DNA of 64,000 nt, from assembly GCF_006345805.1 (NCBI RefSeq), contig NC_043003.1, positions 69,068,001 to 69,132,000 of the forward strand. The letters run 5' to 3'. The notes beneath the pieces were generated by a model. It was not told the DNA's origin. It saw nothing but the letters and a program-made list of their open reading frames with translations, and did not search any database. Position numbers and translations under genes: made by a program. This document shows, piece by piece, positions 1-12,194 of the stretch (its first letter is position 1; each line of letters begins with the position of its first letter). The DNA is from Octopus sinensis (Eukaryota).

Positions 1-59
1 AACATGTGATTTGTAGAAAGAATGTATTGTTTAGTGATATAAACTTTAAATCATTCTAA

Positions 60-400
60 AATATTTGAGAATGTAATGGATCTGTGTGGAGCTACTTCAC
101 TGCAGCTTTTTGTCGGAGTTTAAAAATTACGACGCTAATGGTTACTTTTGTAGGGTTTAGTAAACTTGGTAAGAGTAATTTAAGATCTTGATGTGATTAT
201 TTTTTCACATCCACAACTATTTTATTCTTGTTTTGAGTTTTGAGATTTCTCTACAGAATTTTTCTTATTTCTCAAAAGGAAAGAACTGGAATCATGATCT
301 TGCTGGAAATTTTATATTTTGTATCTTGTATATATTTTCCTTGTGTGTGTGGTGGGGGTATCTTAAAAATGGTTTGTATTATGATATGTAACGTGATGGC
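60..400 (-). mobile_element. Degenerate Penelope-like element GIY-YIG endonuclease relic
   Basis: Minus-strand translation with stops/frameshifts gives HIIIQTIF..GKYIQDTKYKISSK...SF, LWM*KNNHIK and KPYKSNH*RRNFKLRQK, in the order of PLE GIY-YIG motifs (IIY..YIG.T..F..R...H..SF, IW.LK, PY...RCNLCL.EK). Confidence 0.45.
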
Positions 401-815
401 TTGGCCATTGTTGGGGTTGTTGACTATAGCAATTATTCTGTATAGTATTTTGATATTTGCTTCGTGATTTATGTTGTCCATTACTTTTATTTTCTGTGGT
501 TTATATTCTCTAAACCGGAACCAATCCGTGACTAGATGCACGAAGCAGTGAGGGAAAGTTAAATAAACTTAAGACCAGTTCAAAAGTTTTTTAGAGATAT
601 TTCAACCTGTAAAAGCTTTTCACTATATGTCTCAAACATATTTGAACTAATCTCAAATTTTTCACTACTTATTCGCGTATCTGCTCACGTTTTTGTCCCG
701 GCTTGGCAAGTTGTACATACAATCGGTAGGTAATATTTACTCTTCAGAGGTCTTTACTATTTGAGCTGTTTAGGAAGCAAACTTTCTAAACAGCTCGGAA
801 TTGCTCACTTGGAAT

Positions 816-855
816 ATGGTACTGAAGAGAACGAAGGAGTTCGAAATGCACCCAT
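816..855 (+). ncRNA. Hammerhead ribozyme-like motif (PLE type, degenerate cleavage site)
   Basis: CTGAAGA(822-828)-GAAC-gaagga-GTTC-GAAA(843-846): intact core and 4-bp stem II; stem III/NUH mutated (TGCA). Confidence 0.55.
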
Positions 856-1354
856 CAGTCTAACAGGAAGCACTCTGACCTGACTGTGATCTTTTAACAC
901 TTGATCCTAAATGAGAATGTTTTCTTCAGTGTAATGAGTGATCATCTACAACGGAGGCTGATGGCCGAGGGTACATCCGCAGTTTCCGATTGGGACCCGC
1001 CAATATTCAATGCTGAATCAGGTGGAATTACGTGGGGATCAGTTTGAGAGGTGACAAGATCGAGGAAATATGAAGGTTACCCAGGATCGCCAGGTGAGAA
1101 ATGGTCCTCCATGATAATCTATTTTTGATGCCCCCTTACTGAATGTGTTGACTAGCGGAAGACGAATATCAGGCATGTTCGTATTCTGATGATCTGAATG
1201 TGTATGAATATGAGTAAAGAATTGATTGAACGAAAGCGACATGCATTATGTGTTGACAGAAGTCAGCATCAGTAATGGAGGAAGGATTTCGATGCCAGTT
1301 AAAGGTATTTTTCAGTTAAAGGTATTTTTCCATATTCAATGAGGAGGATATGTT

Positions 1355-2060
1355 AATTAGTGAAAATGCTTCTTAAATTAGGAATCCATACATATAATGA
1401 TTCTTACATGCTATGATTATATTCAGTTTGACGAGCCGAATATTTATGAGAAGAAATTTACACCGGAGCAGATACTCTAATTAAGTCATAATTAACGATC
1501 TAATTAAAAAGTTTCTTATTGTCTTCCAATGCCTGGAATGTTTCTTAATTTCTTCTTTCATGTTAACTGAGCCTAAGACATGTTTGCATTCATCACGTAG
1601 CTTGAAAACAGTGTTTCTGTATATTTCTCCTTAATTAGTGTATAGTGATTAGTAGAAAATGCTTCTTAAATTAGAAATCCATACCTAAAATGGTTCTTAA
1701 GTGATATGAATAGATTCAGTTGGGTTTAGTGAACAATTCTGCGAAGTATTTGGCACTGGGACAGAAAGTCTAATTAATTCCTAATTACGTGTCTAATTAA
1801 AACTTCTTAATTTGTTTTTCCATACCCGTTCTTTTCTTAAGTTTTCATTTAAGTATTACTTGTGTCTAAGGAGTAATATTCAATGTGATTCATTATTGGA
1901 GCTTAAAGTCTAATTAAACTAGTTATTTACGCAAGTTGATTATCTCATAATTAGTTAATCCATACCTAAGCATACTTAAGAATCACGTTTCATGGTATTA
2001 GGACCGTTTGTACACATATTGTACCCTGCTAGTATTTTAGAGCTTCAAGTCTAATTAAAT
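1355..2060. repeat. Diverged tandem repeat, period about 290 bp, about 2.3 copies
   Basis: GAAAATGCTTCTTAAATTAG.AATCCATAC at 1362 and 1655, AATCCATACCTAA again at 1957; TCTAATTAA blocks recur in register. Confidence 0.7.
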
Positions 2061-2081
2061 CAGGACTGGCTCCTGCATTAA

Positions 2082-2734
2082 ATGTTGGCAAACCGTTGGC
2101 TTGCCGTGTCTTCAAAACATGTACCGAGAGTGATAAAAATTAAACATCCTGTCAACATCATGGTGTTTGGAGTGATCATTAGTGACGGAGACGTTTTGCC
2201 TCCATTCATCTTCCCACAGTGCCTCAAACTCAGCACGGGGGTCTACATCAAGTGCCTGGTGGAGGTAGTGCTGCCCTGGGTCAAGAGTGTGGCTGCTAAA
2301 AGACCCTATGTCTAGCAACAGGACTCTGCACCATGCCACACAATTAGGAGAACCCGGTCATGGCTGTCAGACAGTTTCTGCGACCACACCACCCCTATCT
2401 TCCCATAACTCCCCAGACTTCAACTCCCTTGACTATTATGTGTGAGGCGCATGTGAGTGAGACAAACAAAATTCCTTGTAACCAAAGAGGAACTGAAGGC
2501 AATGACTATGGCAACATGAACCAACTTAAACAAGAAGACTTTCCAGAAGAGTTGCAGGAGATTCCGACGTCGTCTATAGGCTATGGTTGAAGCCGATGGC
2601 GATTTTATCAAATAAACTTACTCTTTAGTATTTCAAGGTATTTTTATGCAATTTTGGTAAATATATGTTAAAATTAGATGTCAGTGTTATTTTCCTTTTT
2701 GCGTAATTCAAACGACAGTTTATTCACCACACTT

Positions 2735-2737
<3 letters not shown>
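2082..2737 (+). mobile_element. Tc1/mariner superfamily (maT/DD37D-like) transposase relic with right end
   Basis: KHPVNIMVFGVIISDGDVLPPFIFPQ...VLPWVK...RPYV*QQDSAPCHT...NSPDFNSLDYYV*...RFRRRL*AMVEADGDFIK*, with stops/frameshifts; probable right TIR ...TTATTCACCACACTTTG followed by TA. Confidence 0.88.
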
Positions 2738-2778
<41 letters not shown>

Positions 2779-2929
2779 TGTATGTGTGTGTGTGGTGCAT
2801 GTGTGTATATACACATATATATATATATTATATATATCCTTACGTATGTCACACCTGTTTTCATTCCTCCACTTCACTCTGTATTTCATATTTTATCTGT
2901 AATAACTATTGCTTAATCATCTGCTTTTA

Positions 2930-4215
2930 ATTTTGATGATGCTCATGGCGATGAAGATGATGATGATGACGATTGCAATACTGATGATGAAGATGTTTAT
3001 GATAATGATGGTAGTGGTGATGATGATGATGATGATTGTGATGATGATATTTCATTGTTGTTTTGATATTTTTGCTCCCAGTTTTTTTTTCCTTCCACTT
3101 CATTATCTTTACCATCATTATCCTCGTCGCCATCACCACCACCTCATCATCACCATACCTTATCATCACTATCGTCATCATCGTCATCAGCAGCAGCAAC
3201 AACATCATCATTGCCATAAGAATCGTTATCATCATCATCTTCATCACCATCATTAATCTGTCGTCATCATCATCATCATTTTTGTCTACGCGTCTTTTTT
3301 ACTTTTTCTTTTTTCGTTTTTTTTTAATATTTATCTTCACTCTTTTGCTATCGTTATATTTGCAGTTGCTATTATTGTTGTTGTTGTTGTTGTTGTTTGC
3401 TGCTACTACTGTTGTTACTGCTACTACAACTCCCGCTACACTTTCTGCTCTTGATCTTGTTGTTTCTGCTGTTGTTGTTGTAATAATATTTGTACATAAA
3501 CTCTTTGAACTAGTTTTGCTTTCCCAGACGATTGCTGCTGGCATTTATCCTTTCTTTCTTTCTTACTTTCTCTCTCTCTCTTTTTCTGTGAGTTTTCTTC
3601 TTTCTTTCTATTTTCTTTATTGTATTTCTTTTTTGTTCTTATTGACGTTCTTCTCGTATCTTCCAAGACTTTTGGCAGAATGGTTGCATCTGTCGGTATT
3701 TTTACCGCCATTGTATCTTTAAAAAATTTTATTACTGTCAGGGAGGGTTCGTAATGGCGGTCATGATGCCGATAGCGGTGCTGTTGAGACTGGATCCGGT
3801 GGTGGTGGCGGTGGTGGTGGTCGTCGTGGTCGTGGTGGTAGTGCTGCTGCTGCTGCTGCTGAAGGTGGTGGTGGTGATAGTGGTATTAGTGGTGCTAGGG
3901 GAGGTGGAGGTAGAGATAGTGGCGGTGGTGCTGGTGGTGGTGCTGGTGATGCTGATAATGATGGTGGAGGGTACGGTTGTGGTTGTGACGTCAGCAGTGG
4001 TCGTATTATAAGGTGTTGCAATCATTGTTTGTAATTGTAGTTGTTATACTAGGGTCATTAGTAATGCTTTGTTGTTGTTGTTGTCGTTGGTGGTGGTGGT
4101 GCTACTGCTGGTGCTGCTGCTGGTGGTGGTGGTTGCTGTTCCCATCGTTGTTGTCGCCATCGCCATTGTGGAGGAGTTGTAGTAGTAGTAGTAGTAGTAG
4201 TAAAAGTAGTAGTAA

Positions 4216-4248
<33 letters not shown>

Positions 4249-4316
4249 CGGTAGTAGTAGCAGTAGTAGTGGCAGTAGTAGTAGTAGTAGTAGTGTGGTG
4301 GTGGTGGTGGTGGTGA

Positions 4317-4374
<58 letters not shown>

Positions 4375-4500
4375 GGTGGTAGTGGTGGTGCTCGTGATAA
4401 TAGTGAGGGTTGTTGGGACGGTTGTGGTCGAGGTTGTAGTTGCCGCTATGCTTACGTTGGTGGTAGCGGATAGAGTAGCGTTGGTGGTGATGGTCCTGGC
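2930..4500. repeat. Compound trinucleotide microsatellite field (GAT, CAT, GTT, GGT, GTA)
   Basis: Directly visible degenerate triplet repeats; explains the poly-M/H/V/S/L ORFs. Confidence 0.95.
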
Positions 4501-4539
4501 GGTTGTCGTACTTAGAAATAGTTTACAAATTTAAAAACA

Positions 4540-4715
4540 AGACTGGCAATTTTGAGGGGTGGGGGGTCAATTCGGTTCCATCAAACCCAGTATGTGACGG
4601 GTATATTGCCGGCCTTAAAGGGATAAAAGTCAAAGTCGGAAATTGAACTCAGAATGTGAAGAGCCGAAAGAATCGCCGCTAAGCATTTTGTCCGACGCGC
4701 TACCGAGTCTACCAA
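4540..4715 (-). mobile_element. SINE family A, degenerate copy
   Basis: AAAGTCGGAAATTGAACTCAGAATGT...GCTAAGCATTTTGTCCGACGCGCTA matches the reverse complement of the family A head. Confidence 0.65.
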
Positions 4716-4791
4716 ATGATGGCCATGATGGAGAGGTCGCAGTATTACTGCTGCGACTCCATCTACAACTGCTTATTTCTGATGACTGCTG

Positions 4792-4822
<31 letters not shown>

Positions 4823-4954
4823 CGCTGCTGCAGTCTTTGTTTTTATTTTTGTGTGTTTGGTATTGGAAACATTATTATTCTTCATAGAAAAAAAGAATAA
4901 ATAAATAAAGGCAGACAACGGCTGAGATCGAGTTATGTCTATGGAAGAATTTCG

Positions 4955-5166
4955 TTTTCAACATGGAGAAACGTTTCTATGTTCTTGTAATTTATTTACT
5001 TTTCGCTATTGTTCTTGTTGTTGTTGCTGTGTTTGTTTTCATTTTACTGCAATGTTGTTGTTTTTTTTTTTCTTTTTGTTACTATTATTAACATGTGTAC
5101 GAATAAAAGAACGCGTTGAATAGAGGAAACAAAAAAAAACAGACAACAAAAACTATAGATAAAACT
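4955..5166 (+). repeat. About 190-bp dispersed direct repeat, copy 1 (copy 2 at 15458-15644)
   Basis: GTTTTCAACATGGAGAAACGTTTCTATG...TTATTAACATGTGTACGAATAAAAGAAC shared almost exactly. Confidence 0.9.
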
Positions 5167-6664
5167 AATTCAGATTTCGATCTTAAAAGTTCACGTAAGT
5201 GACACAAAACTTTGCTGGGTTTTTTTTTTTTATATTCCTTCGCTATACAAAAACATGCATGGCTGTGCTATTGATTCGGTGGTACCCACCATTTTGTCTT
5301 AAATTCCAAGAGTTCACTAACTTGTAGGCAAGAGTCAGAATATTAAAAACAATTGCCTACATTACCAAAAGTTTTCTAAGAATAAAATACAAATAGAAAA
5401 CAGCACAAAAGCTCATATTCAATGAAAATTTTTTTTCTTAAGAAGCGCCATTCTTTGGAGATGAACATAATACGGATGTTTCTTTATCGTTTCTTTCGTT
5501 GTTTTCTTTTTTTTCATGTTCGGAATTGCTTCTTATGAAGAGGGACGTCTGGCGTCTAAGTCTTATATACACACTTACACAGAAACGTGTACACACGTAT
5601 ATATACACACACACATGCAAATATATATGCATATAACATGTGTGTGTGTGTGATATCGATATGTAAGTAGACAGATAGATACATACACATTGATATGTAT
5701 GTGTATATATAATATATTTATTATATACACTATAAATTTATATATTCATATATCAATATTTATTATATACATTACATATTTATATATTTATTATATACAC
5801 TGTAAATTTATATATTTATATATTTATTGTATACATTATATATTTATGCATTTATATATTTATTCTATTCACTATATACTTATGTTTATATTTATACCCA
5901 CGCGTACACACATACATAAAGTTGCATACGCAAATACATACACACACATACCCATACACAGGCGAGAGGAGTGAGGACAGAAAATACGGAGAAAAATATA
6001 TATCTGTATATACATTTATAGACACACACCACACACATTTGTTCGGATGTGTTTGTGTACACTATTAAACATACGGTAGTATAATTATAGCTATAAAACT
6101 TTTAGTCAGTCATACAGTAAAATATGAAAGTCTAGTACATATAAAAGCTTCAAACCTTTTTTGAAGCCCTCTTAGTAAGTTATCACAATCTAATCTCCCG
6201 TGATTTTGATGTCGAGAAAAAATAGCTTATCGTCACATCGAAAATTCTTCTGAGCTCAAACGAGATTTTCCTCAATATTTCACTGATGTGTGGTTGGCAA
6301 GAGATGAGAAATATCTATATGAAACACACAAATCATAAATAATGCAAAATTCTGTCTCGCAAACATAAACTCATTCAAGAAAAGCAATTGAAGCCTAAAA
6401 TATATAAATGAATACAACTAATACGAAATTTGTTCGTTTGTATGGGAAACGACCGGAAAGGACTACACTACCCAAATTCAGTTATGTGACCGGTTTTTTT
6501 TTTTAAATTAAATATCCGGATTTAAGCAACCAGAGACGTCTTTCTTTTAAACTGTTGAGTTACATTCCACAAAAGACATTATATATGTAAAGTATTGTAG
6601 TTTGCACGAAGTATTGTCTGATGTGTGTGTATCAAATATTCTTTAAAAGCCAAAACATGGCAAG

Positions 6665-6849
6665 TTAATTAAATTGATTAATCCAGGTCGATGATTAATA
6701 TTATTACCAGGGGTTTCGGTATTTCAGGGTTAGGACCCTTCTTCAAGAAATTTACGGAGAGAAGATAAAATTCCTGAAAAGTAGGTCCTAATCTTGAAAT
6801 ATTGAAAAAGCGTGTCATAATACCAACCAATAGACTTGTATTATTAATT

Positions 6850-6850
<1 letters not shown>
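6665..6850. repeat. Imperfect inverted repeat with hammerhead-like arms (PLE pLTR-like)
   Basis: GGTATTTCAGGGTTAGGACC...AAATTT pairs with AAATTCC...GGTCCTAATCTTGAAATATT; minus arm reads TTGAAGA-AGG...CC-GAAAC-ccctg-GTA. Confidence 0.5.
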
Positions 6851-6895
<45 letters not shown>

Positions 6896-6916
6896 ATATC
6901 TCTCTCTCTCTCGCTA

Positions 6917-6961
<45 letters not shown>

Positions 6962-7229
6962 TCTAAATATGGTGGTGGCCTCTCCCGTCGCTTCGAAGAA
7001 ACACCTGAAATAAACACTCACCCTATGGCTGCTTGTGTGCAGAATCAAGAGTCCACGACTTCCAGTAACATCTGCTACCTGTCCGCCCCGCCGACCCCAC
7101 CACCACCACCACTGCCGCTTTCACTATCACAACTGTCACCACTGGTCTCATGAAGAAAGTGTGACGCTGTCGGTGCTGCTGTCATGGTTTGCTGAACAAC
7201 CTGCACGACGAATACCATTATAATGGGTA

Positions 7230-7440
7230 GGCGGCGTGCTGGCAGAAAAGTTAGCATGCCAGGCGAAATGCTTAGCAATATTTCGTCTGTCTTTACGTTC
7301 TGAGTTCAAATTCCGCCGAGGTTGACTTTGCCTTTCATCCTTTCGGGGTCGATAAATTAAGTACCAATTGCGTACTGAGGTCGATCTAATCGACTAGTCT
7401 CCTCCCCAAAAGTTTCGGGCCTTGTGCCTAGAGTAGAAAA
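7230..7440 (+). mobile_element. tRNA-derived SINE family A, full-length monomer (tail B)
   Basis: A-box-like GCTGGCAGAA and B box GAGTTCAAATTCC; core GCCTTTCATCCTTTCGGGGTCGATAAATTAAGTACC; perfect 20-bp TSD GAATACCATTATAATGGGTA (7210-7229, 7441-7460). Confidence 0.95.
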
Positions 7441-8559
7441 GAATACCATTATAATGGGTAAGATTTTATGCAAAGCCACACTTTTGTCTTTCAAACTTTT
7501 ATTGGTTTGCTATGACAAGTGCCACGAGCCCAGAAACTATCATGATGCAGAATTTTTATGGAGTTACCTTCTCTTAGATGGGTATCTAAAAAGCTGAAGA
7601 GCTTCATCTGTCCTGGGTCCTTTGGTGTGTCTGTGAATGACCATCTTCCAGAAACAATCCCATGACATGTTAATTAACCCAGAGCAGAGATCCTGATAGG
7701 CGATACTGCTCGGTGTCTGACTAAACCAAGGAACAATAGTGGCTAAGAGGAACTTCCACGCTCCTCAAAAACCCTGGAACTTCTGAACCAGGGCCACACT
7801 AGCGAACGACTTTTTCCCGAATTTTTGTAAATATATGCTTGTAGTAACAAACAGAAGGAAAAGCACTAAAAGACATTAATACATGGCTGTAGATTACAGT
7901 AGTATTTGACAGAGACGTATGTTGTCACTCGGGGGCTTCCATAAAGCATGGACGACTAGAGACGCAGCAAAGTGAATATTTCAGTATAACGTTGTATGCC
8001 GTCAGCTGAATAAAATAATTTTGTTCTGAACTTGGATACGGACTAAAATTCGAATTCCTAAAAGACTTTTGAATCTCTTTGCAAACACAATTAATCAATA
8101 GAATTCTATGGCGAGTTGGACGAGTTTAGTCGCCGTCAGGAATGTAGAATCTATGTTTTCATGCTATGCCTTGTGTCTGAGAGCGAGAAATTTTCTTCAA
8201 TGTTGTAGTTTTAAAAGAGAAAGTTTTTTTTTTTTTCGTCTCTGTGTAATTTTTAACTTCTTAATGGTTGTGAAATTCTCAATAATGTATCACCACCTCT
8301 CTATAGCAGTATGCTGTGCTCATACTCAAAACGTTTTGCTCATGCAAGTTCAGATTTTACCATCTGTAAGCGGGTATCACACGAAATAGTGTATTTTGCT
8401 AATATATTTTAAAATTAGATTGATAATGTGTATAACCCTTACCACAAAGGGATATACCCATGGCTAAGACCTGTGACACGGACTGGATGGAAGCAACATT
8501 AGACCATATGCTCAAAAGTGAAGATGCTACCCTCAGTACAACGGACGAAGAGCCTTGTC

Positions 8560-8830
8560 CAAGCATCTTGATTGCTCGCTTCCTCCCACAGTCACCATTA
8601 TACCATCCCAAAATGCACTGCACCACGTCTTCCTTGGTCTCCTAAAATTGTCTTTTTCCTCCTTTCGGTATCCCGCTCTATCACAATGGTAACAGGTCAG
8701 TCTGTGATAATCAAAGCACGTGGCTAGTAAAGCGTATCTGCAGCTTAGTCACCACGGCCATCAAACCTCCCATCCCAGCTCTTCTCATCACCTCATCGTT
8801 TCTAACTCTATCTCGATAAGTTACGTCCGC
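8560..8830 (-). mobile_element. RTE-clade LINE 3' ORF relic
   Basis: Minus translation VTYRDRVRNDEVMRRAGM...LQIRFTSHVL*L...RPRKTW, typical RTE C-terminus. Confidence 0.7.
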
Positions 8831-8834
8831 GAAT

Positions 8835-8970
8835 CTTAGCAGTTCGGCAAAAGGGTCCGATAGAATATTAGGCTTTCAAAAATAAGTCCTGGGGTGGAAT
8901 TGTTCAACTAAAGGCGGTGGTCCAGCATGACTGCAGTCAAAATAACTAGAACAAGTAAAAAGAATAAGAG
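8835..8970 (+). mobile_element. SINE family B 3' tail fragment
   Basis: CTTAGCAGTTCGGCAAAAG...AAGGCGGTGGTCCAGCATGACTGCAGTCAAA...AACAAGTAAAAAG matches the tail of 14339-14755. Confidence 0.85.
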
Positions 8971-9096
8971 AATATATATATATTTATATATATCAAAATA
9001 AGCAACAGGATATGAAGAAGTGATGCAGGCTCCATTTAATTGAACAATGCAATCATTACATCAGGGCTATCATCAGCTGCATATATATATGTATAT

Positions 9097-9194
<98 letters not shown>

Positions 9195-9569
9195 ATATAC
9201 AGAGAGAGAGAGAGAGAGAGAGAGGTAATGATGCAAGTCAACAAATAAAACTGCTTGGATTAGATATTTGTAATATACATATATACATGTATACATGTAA
9301 ACAGAGAAAAACAGACTGAAAATATTCAAACGATAAACATCCATGTATAAATATATAGATATTTATATATTAACAGAGTGGACTTACACAGAGTAGAAAG
9401 GCACAAAAATATTACAGATCCGTCAGCTGTTTCTGGGGTCTCAGAATTACGTCATGATGTTTGCAGATGTAGTTCGCAAAAAGTTGAAGATATGCAACCA
9501 GTAGTAGAAGCTTATAAACATAAAGTAAATCCGACATCCATCTTCAAGGAAGAGAGATAGGTATCTTTC

Positions 9570-10900
9570 CATCCTATCCACACTGCATGTGGTAAGCCTC
9601 CAAAAATGTTAAAAGATATTAAAGGGGGAAAGCAGAGAAGATGTCAAAATTTCATGACTATCTCTATGACTTCACACGTTAGGAAAGTCAGAAAGAGACT
9701 GATCACATTCCTAAACGAAAACAGTATACTTGCACACATGCAAGATGACTTGTACATCACATAGGTACTAGAGCATTGTGGCTGGGTACCGAAATGACAA
9801 CTCAATAGCTCAAATGTGGATGTGATATATCTCAACTTTGTCAAGGCCTTCGACAAAGTTGATCATGGGATAATATGTAACAAACTGCGTGACCTTGGTA
9901 TTGTTCGAAAACTAGGGTAGTGGCTGCATGACTGTTTAAAAGATAGAAGTCATTTACGGTCATTGGCACTCTCTTTGGGGTGACGTCAATTCTCAGCAGA
10001 GTCCCTCGGGAAGCTGTACCGGATATAATACTTTTTGCAGTGGCTCTGTCAGACACGCTCTCAGTCACATAGTCAGACACTCTCACCAGCTACACTGATT
10101 ATACTGAAGTATCGTGAGCGGTCAAGAGCCTTGATGACACCTTGAAACTGCAGGAAGAACTGAGTGCAATATACAAGTGGGCTGAAGAAAATAGCGTGTA
10201 GTTCAGTGCGAAGAGGCGTTTCAAGCACTTTACCATCGGCCCATAAACAGGCTGCAATCGGAATGCACAGGACCAGGAGGTTGTACAATCCCAGAGTCGG
10301 AGTTGGCATGTGACCTGGGAATCTACATGTGCAACTGTGCAACATTTCAGGTGTATATTACCAAGATAACAAGCGAGTGGTTAGCTGGATAATGAGATCA
10401 TTCAGAAACAGAAAAACGGACACCATGCAACTCTTAAGGAGAACATTTGCTCTCAGACGCCTGGATTACTGCCAACTGTAGTCGCCACAAATCTTCAGAC
10501 TATCTGCAGAATTCGAGGCACTCTCACGTCACTACAAAAAAGTTTAACTCGGTGCAACAGATGAGCTACAGGGAGAAGTTGAAAGAACTAGGACACTGCT
10601 CCCTAGAGAGACGACGTGAAAGGTATGCAAGATCCTGGGAACTCCCAACTTTCAAATTCAAGGCTATGCCAGCTTCCGAACTGATCATCATTGCGACTGT
10701 ATCAAAGATCCCGTCGTGTCCATCTGGAGTAAGGACACGTCACTTTAACAGCTTGGATTTCAAAGGCCCTCAGCTGTTCAGTACTCTGCCAAGCGAACTT
10801 AGAGATCTGCGAGGGGTAGATGTGAATGTTTTCAAATTGAGCAAATTTTTATATGAGGTACCAGATGTACGCACATCGTAGCAGGAAACATGAAGAATAG
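9570..10900 (+). mobile_element. CR1/L2-group LINE reverse transcriptase relic
   Basis: VDVIYLNFVKAFDKVDHGIICNKL, degenerate YADD (SYTDYTE), LQEELSAIYKWAEENS, MSYREKLKELGHCSLERRRERY, GPQLFSTLP; many stops/frameshifts. Confidence 0.9.
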
Positions 10901-11467
10901 AAACACTGTCTAGCCCCGTTCTCCACCAGAAACAGAAATCCGAGAAGCGTGTAATAAAAAACCAGTCACACTAAAGATTGTACCCCAGCATGGACACGAT
11001 CTTTTGCCGGTACCAGAAAAACGCAAACAGCAAAGGAGCTTATATATATTATACAGAGGGCATTACTATACATAAATGCCACAAGCTAGGAGGGACTCTT
11101 AAAGTCAAAACTACCAAAAAAAGTAAAATATATATATACACGTTTTTATTGAAACCAAACCAAAGAGTTTGTCACCCACCGACTCGAGTTTTCGTGACTG
11201 CGATCATCAAACGAAACAGTTTTGCTTGATGATCGTCTTGGTGTAAACAAGCCCTCTGGTTCAGGTTTAATAACAAAAAATATTCTTGACAACATTCGTC
11301 CACGATTAAGAAGCAACATACGCGCGCGCGTGTATATATATGTTTGTATATACAGGTGACCACGTAAGTGCAAAACATGGTGGAAAAAATAGTACTCGAA
11401 TACCAAAAGTAGAGTAATATACTTTCTATTAATATACTTTCCCTTTCGTGGGACAGTTGTAATGAAT

Positions 11468-11508
11468 CTGTCCGACGACGAACGGAAACGTGAAACTCTG
11501 AGTAACAG
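11468..11508 (+). ncRNA. Hammerhead-like motif (degenerate)
   Basis: ctgt-CCGACGA-cg...cgt-GAAAC-tctga-GTA-acag: stem I ctgt/acag perfect, near-palindromic stem III loop, core U4C. Confidence 0.5.
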
Positions 11509-12194
11509 TCCTGTGATAAGTTTGCAGCTTTAATAATATACATATATATATATATATCCCCCTTCTACGTTTCTCTATCTCTCTCACCTCCAGCCCCCTC
11601 GATCTGTCTCTTTCTTCTCCTCCCTCGTCCACCTTCTCTCTCTTTTCATCTGTCCCTTTCTCCTGTCTTTTGTTCTCACATGACCGCTAGCCACTGTTGA
11701 GCGCTCTTTTCGTTCCAGCAGTCGCCGAAGCAACACGTATTTGTTCGTCTCCCTGCGGCCATTAGGCACAACTTCATAAGCCAGCCCCAAACTCAACTCG
11801 TCCTGTCGAAAGACCCTTGTCCTACGTCCTGGTTTTGTTCTGTTTTTATTTTTACCGTTATTGTTTTTACGTTTTTGTATTCTTATTGGTGTCACGTATT
11901 CTGTATTTTTGTTCGTGTACTTCGTTCGTTTTCCGTCCTCGTGTTGTATACATTCGAAGCTTTCTTCCATGGGATCTAATGCGCTTGGCTTAGATTTCCC
12001 ATGGCGGGCTGCCCATATCGGAGCAATCTCAAGATTAATCAGCCGAAATTGCTAAGATGATCTGGTTCTTGACTGATGACTGAGGGCTTCGAATGTCCCG
12101 TCCTGTGGTTCTTGTGTCGTCTCTGTGGTGTTTCATGTTCTTGTCCATGTCTGTAATTATTTTTACTGTTTACCTATATATATATATATATATA

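Noticed and set aside
529-545. TGACTAGATGCAC resembling miR-279 5' end
   Set aside because: Only a partial match and no precursor hairpin seen.
2674-4904. Long ORFs of poly-V/S/H/M/L/T (e.g. 3063-3722, 4013-4534)
   Set aside because: Translations of triplet microsatellites, open in several frames and on both strands; no domain or splice support.
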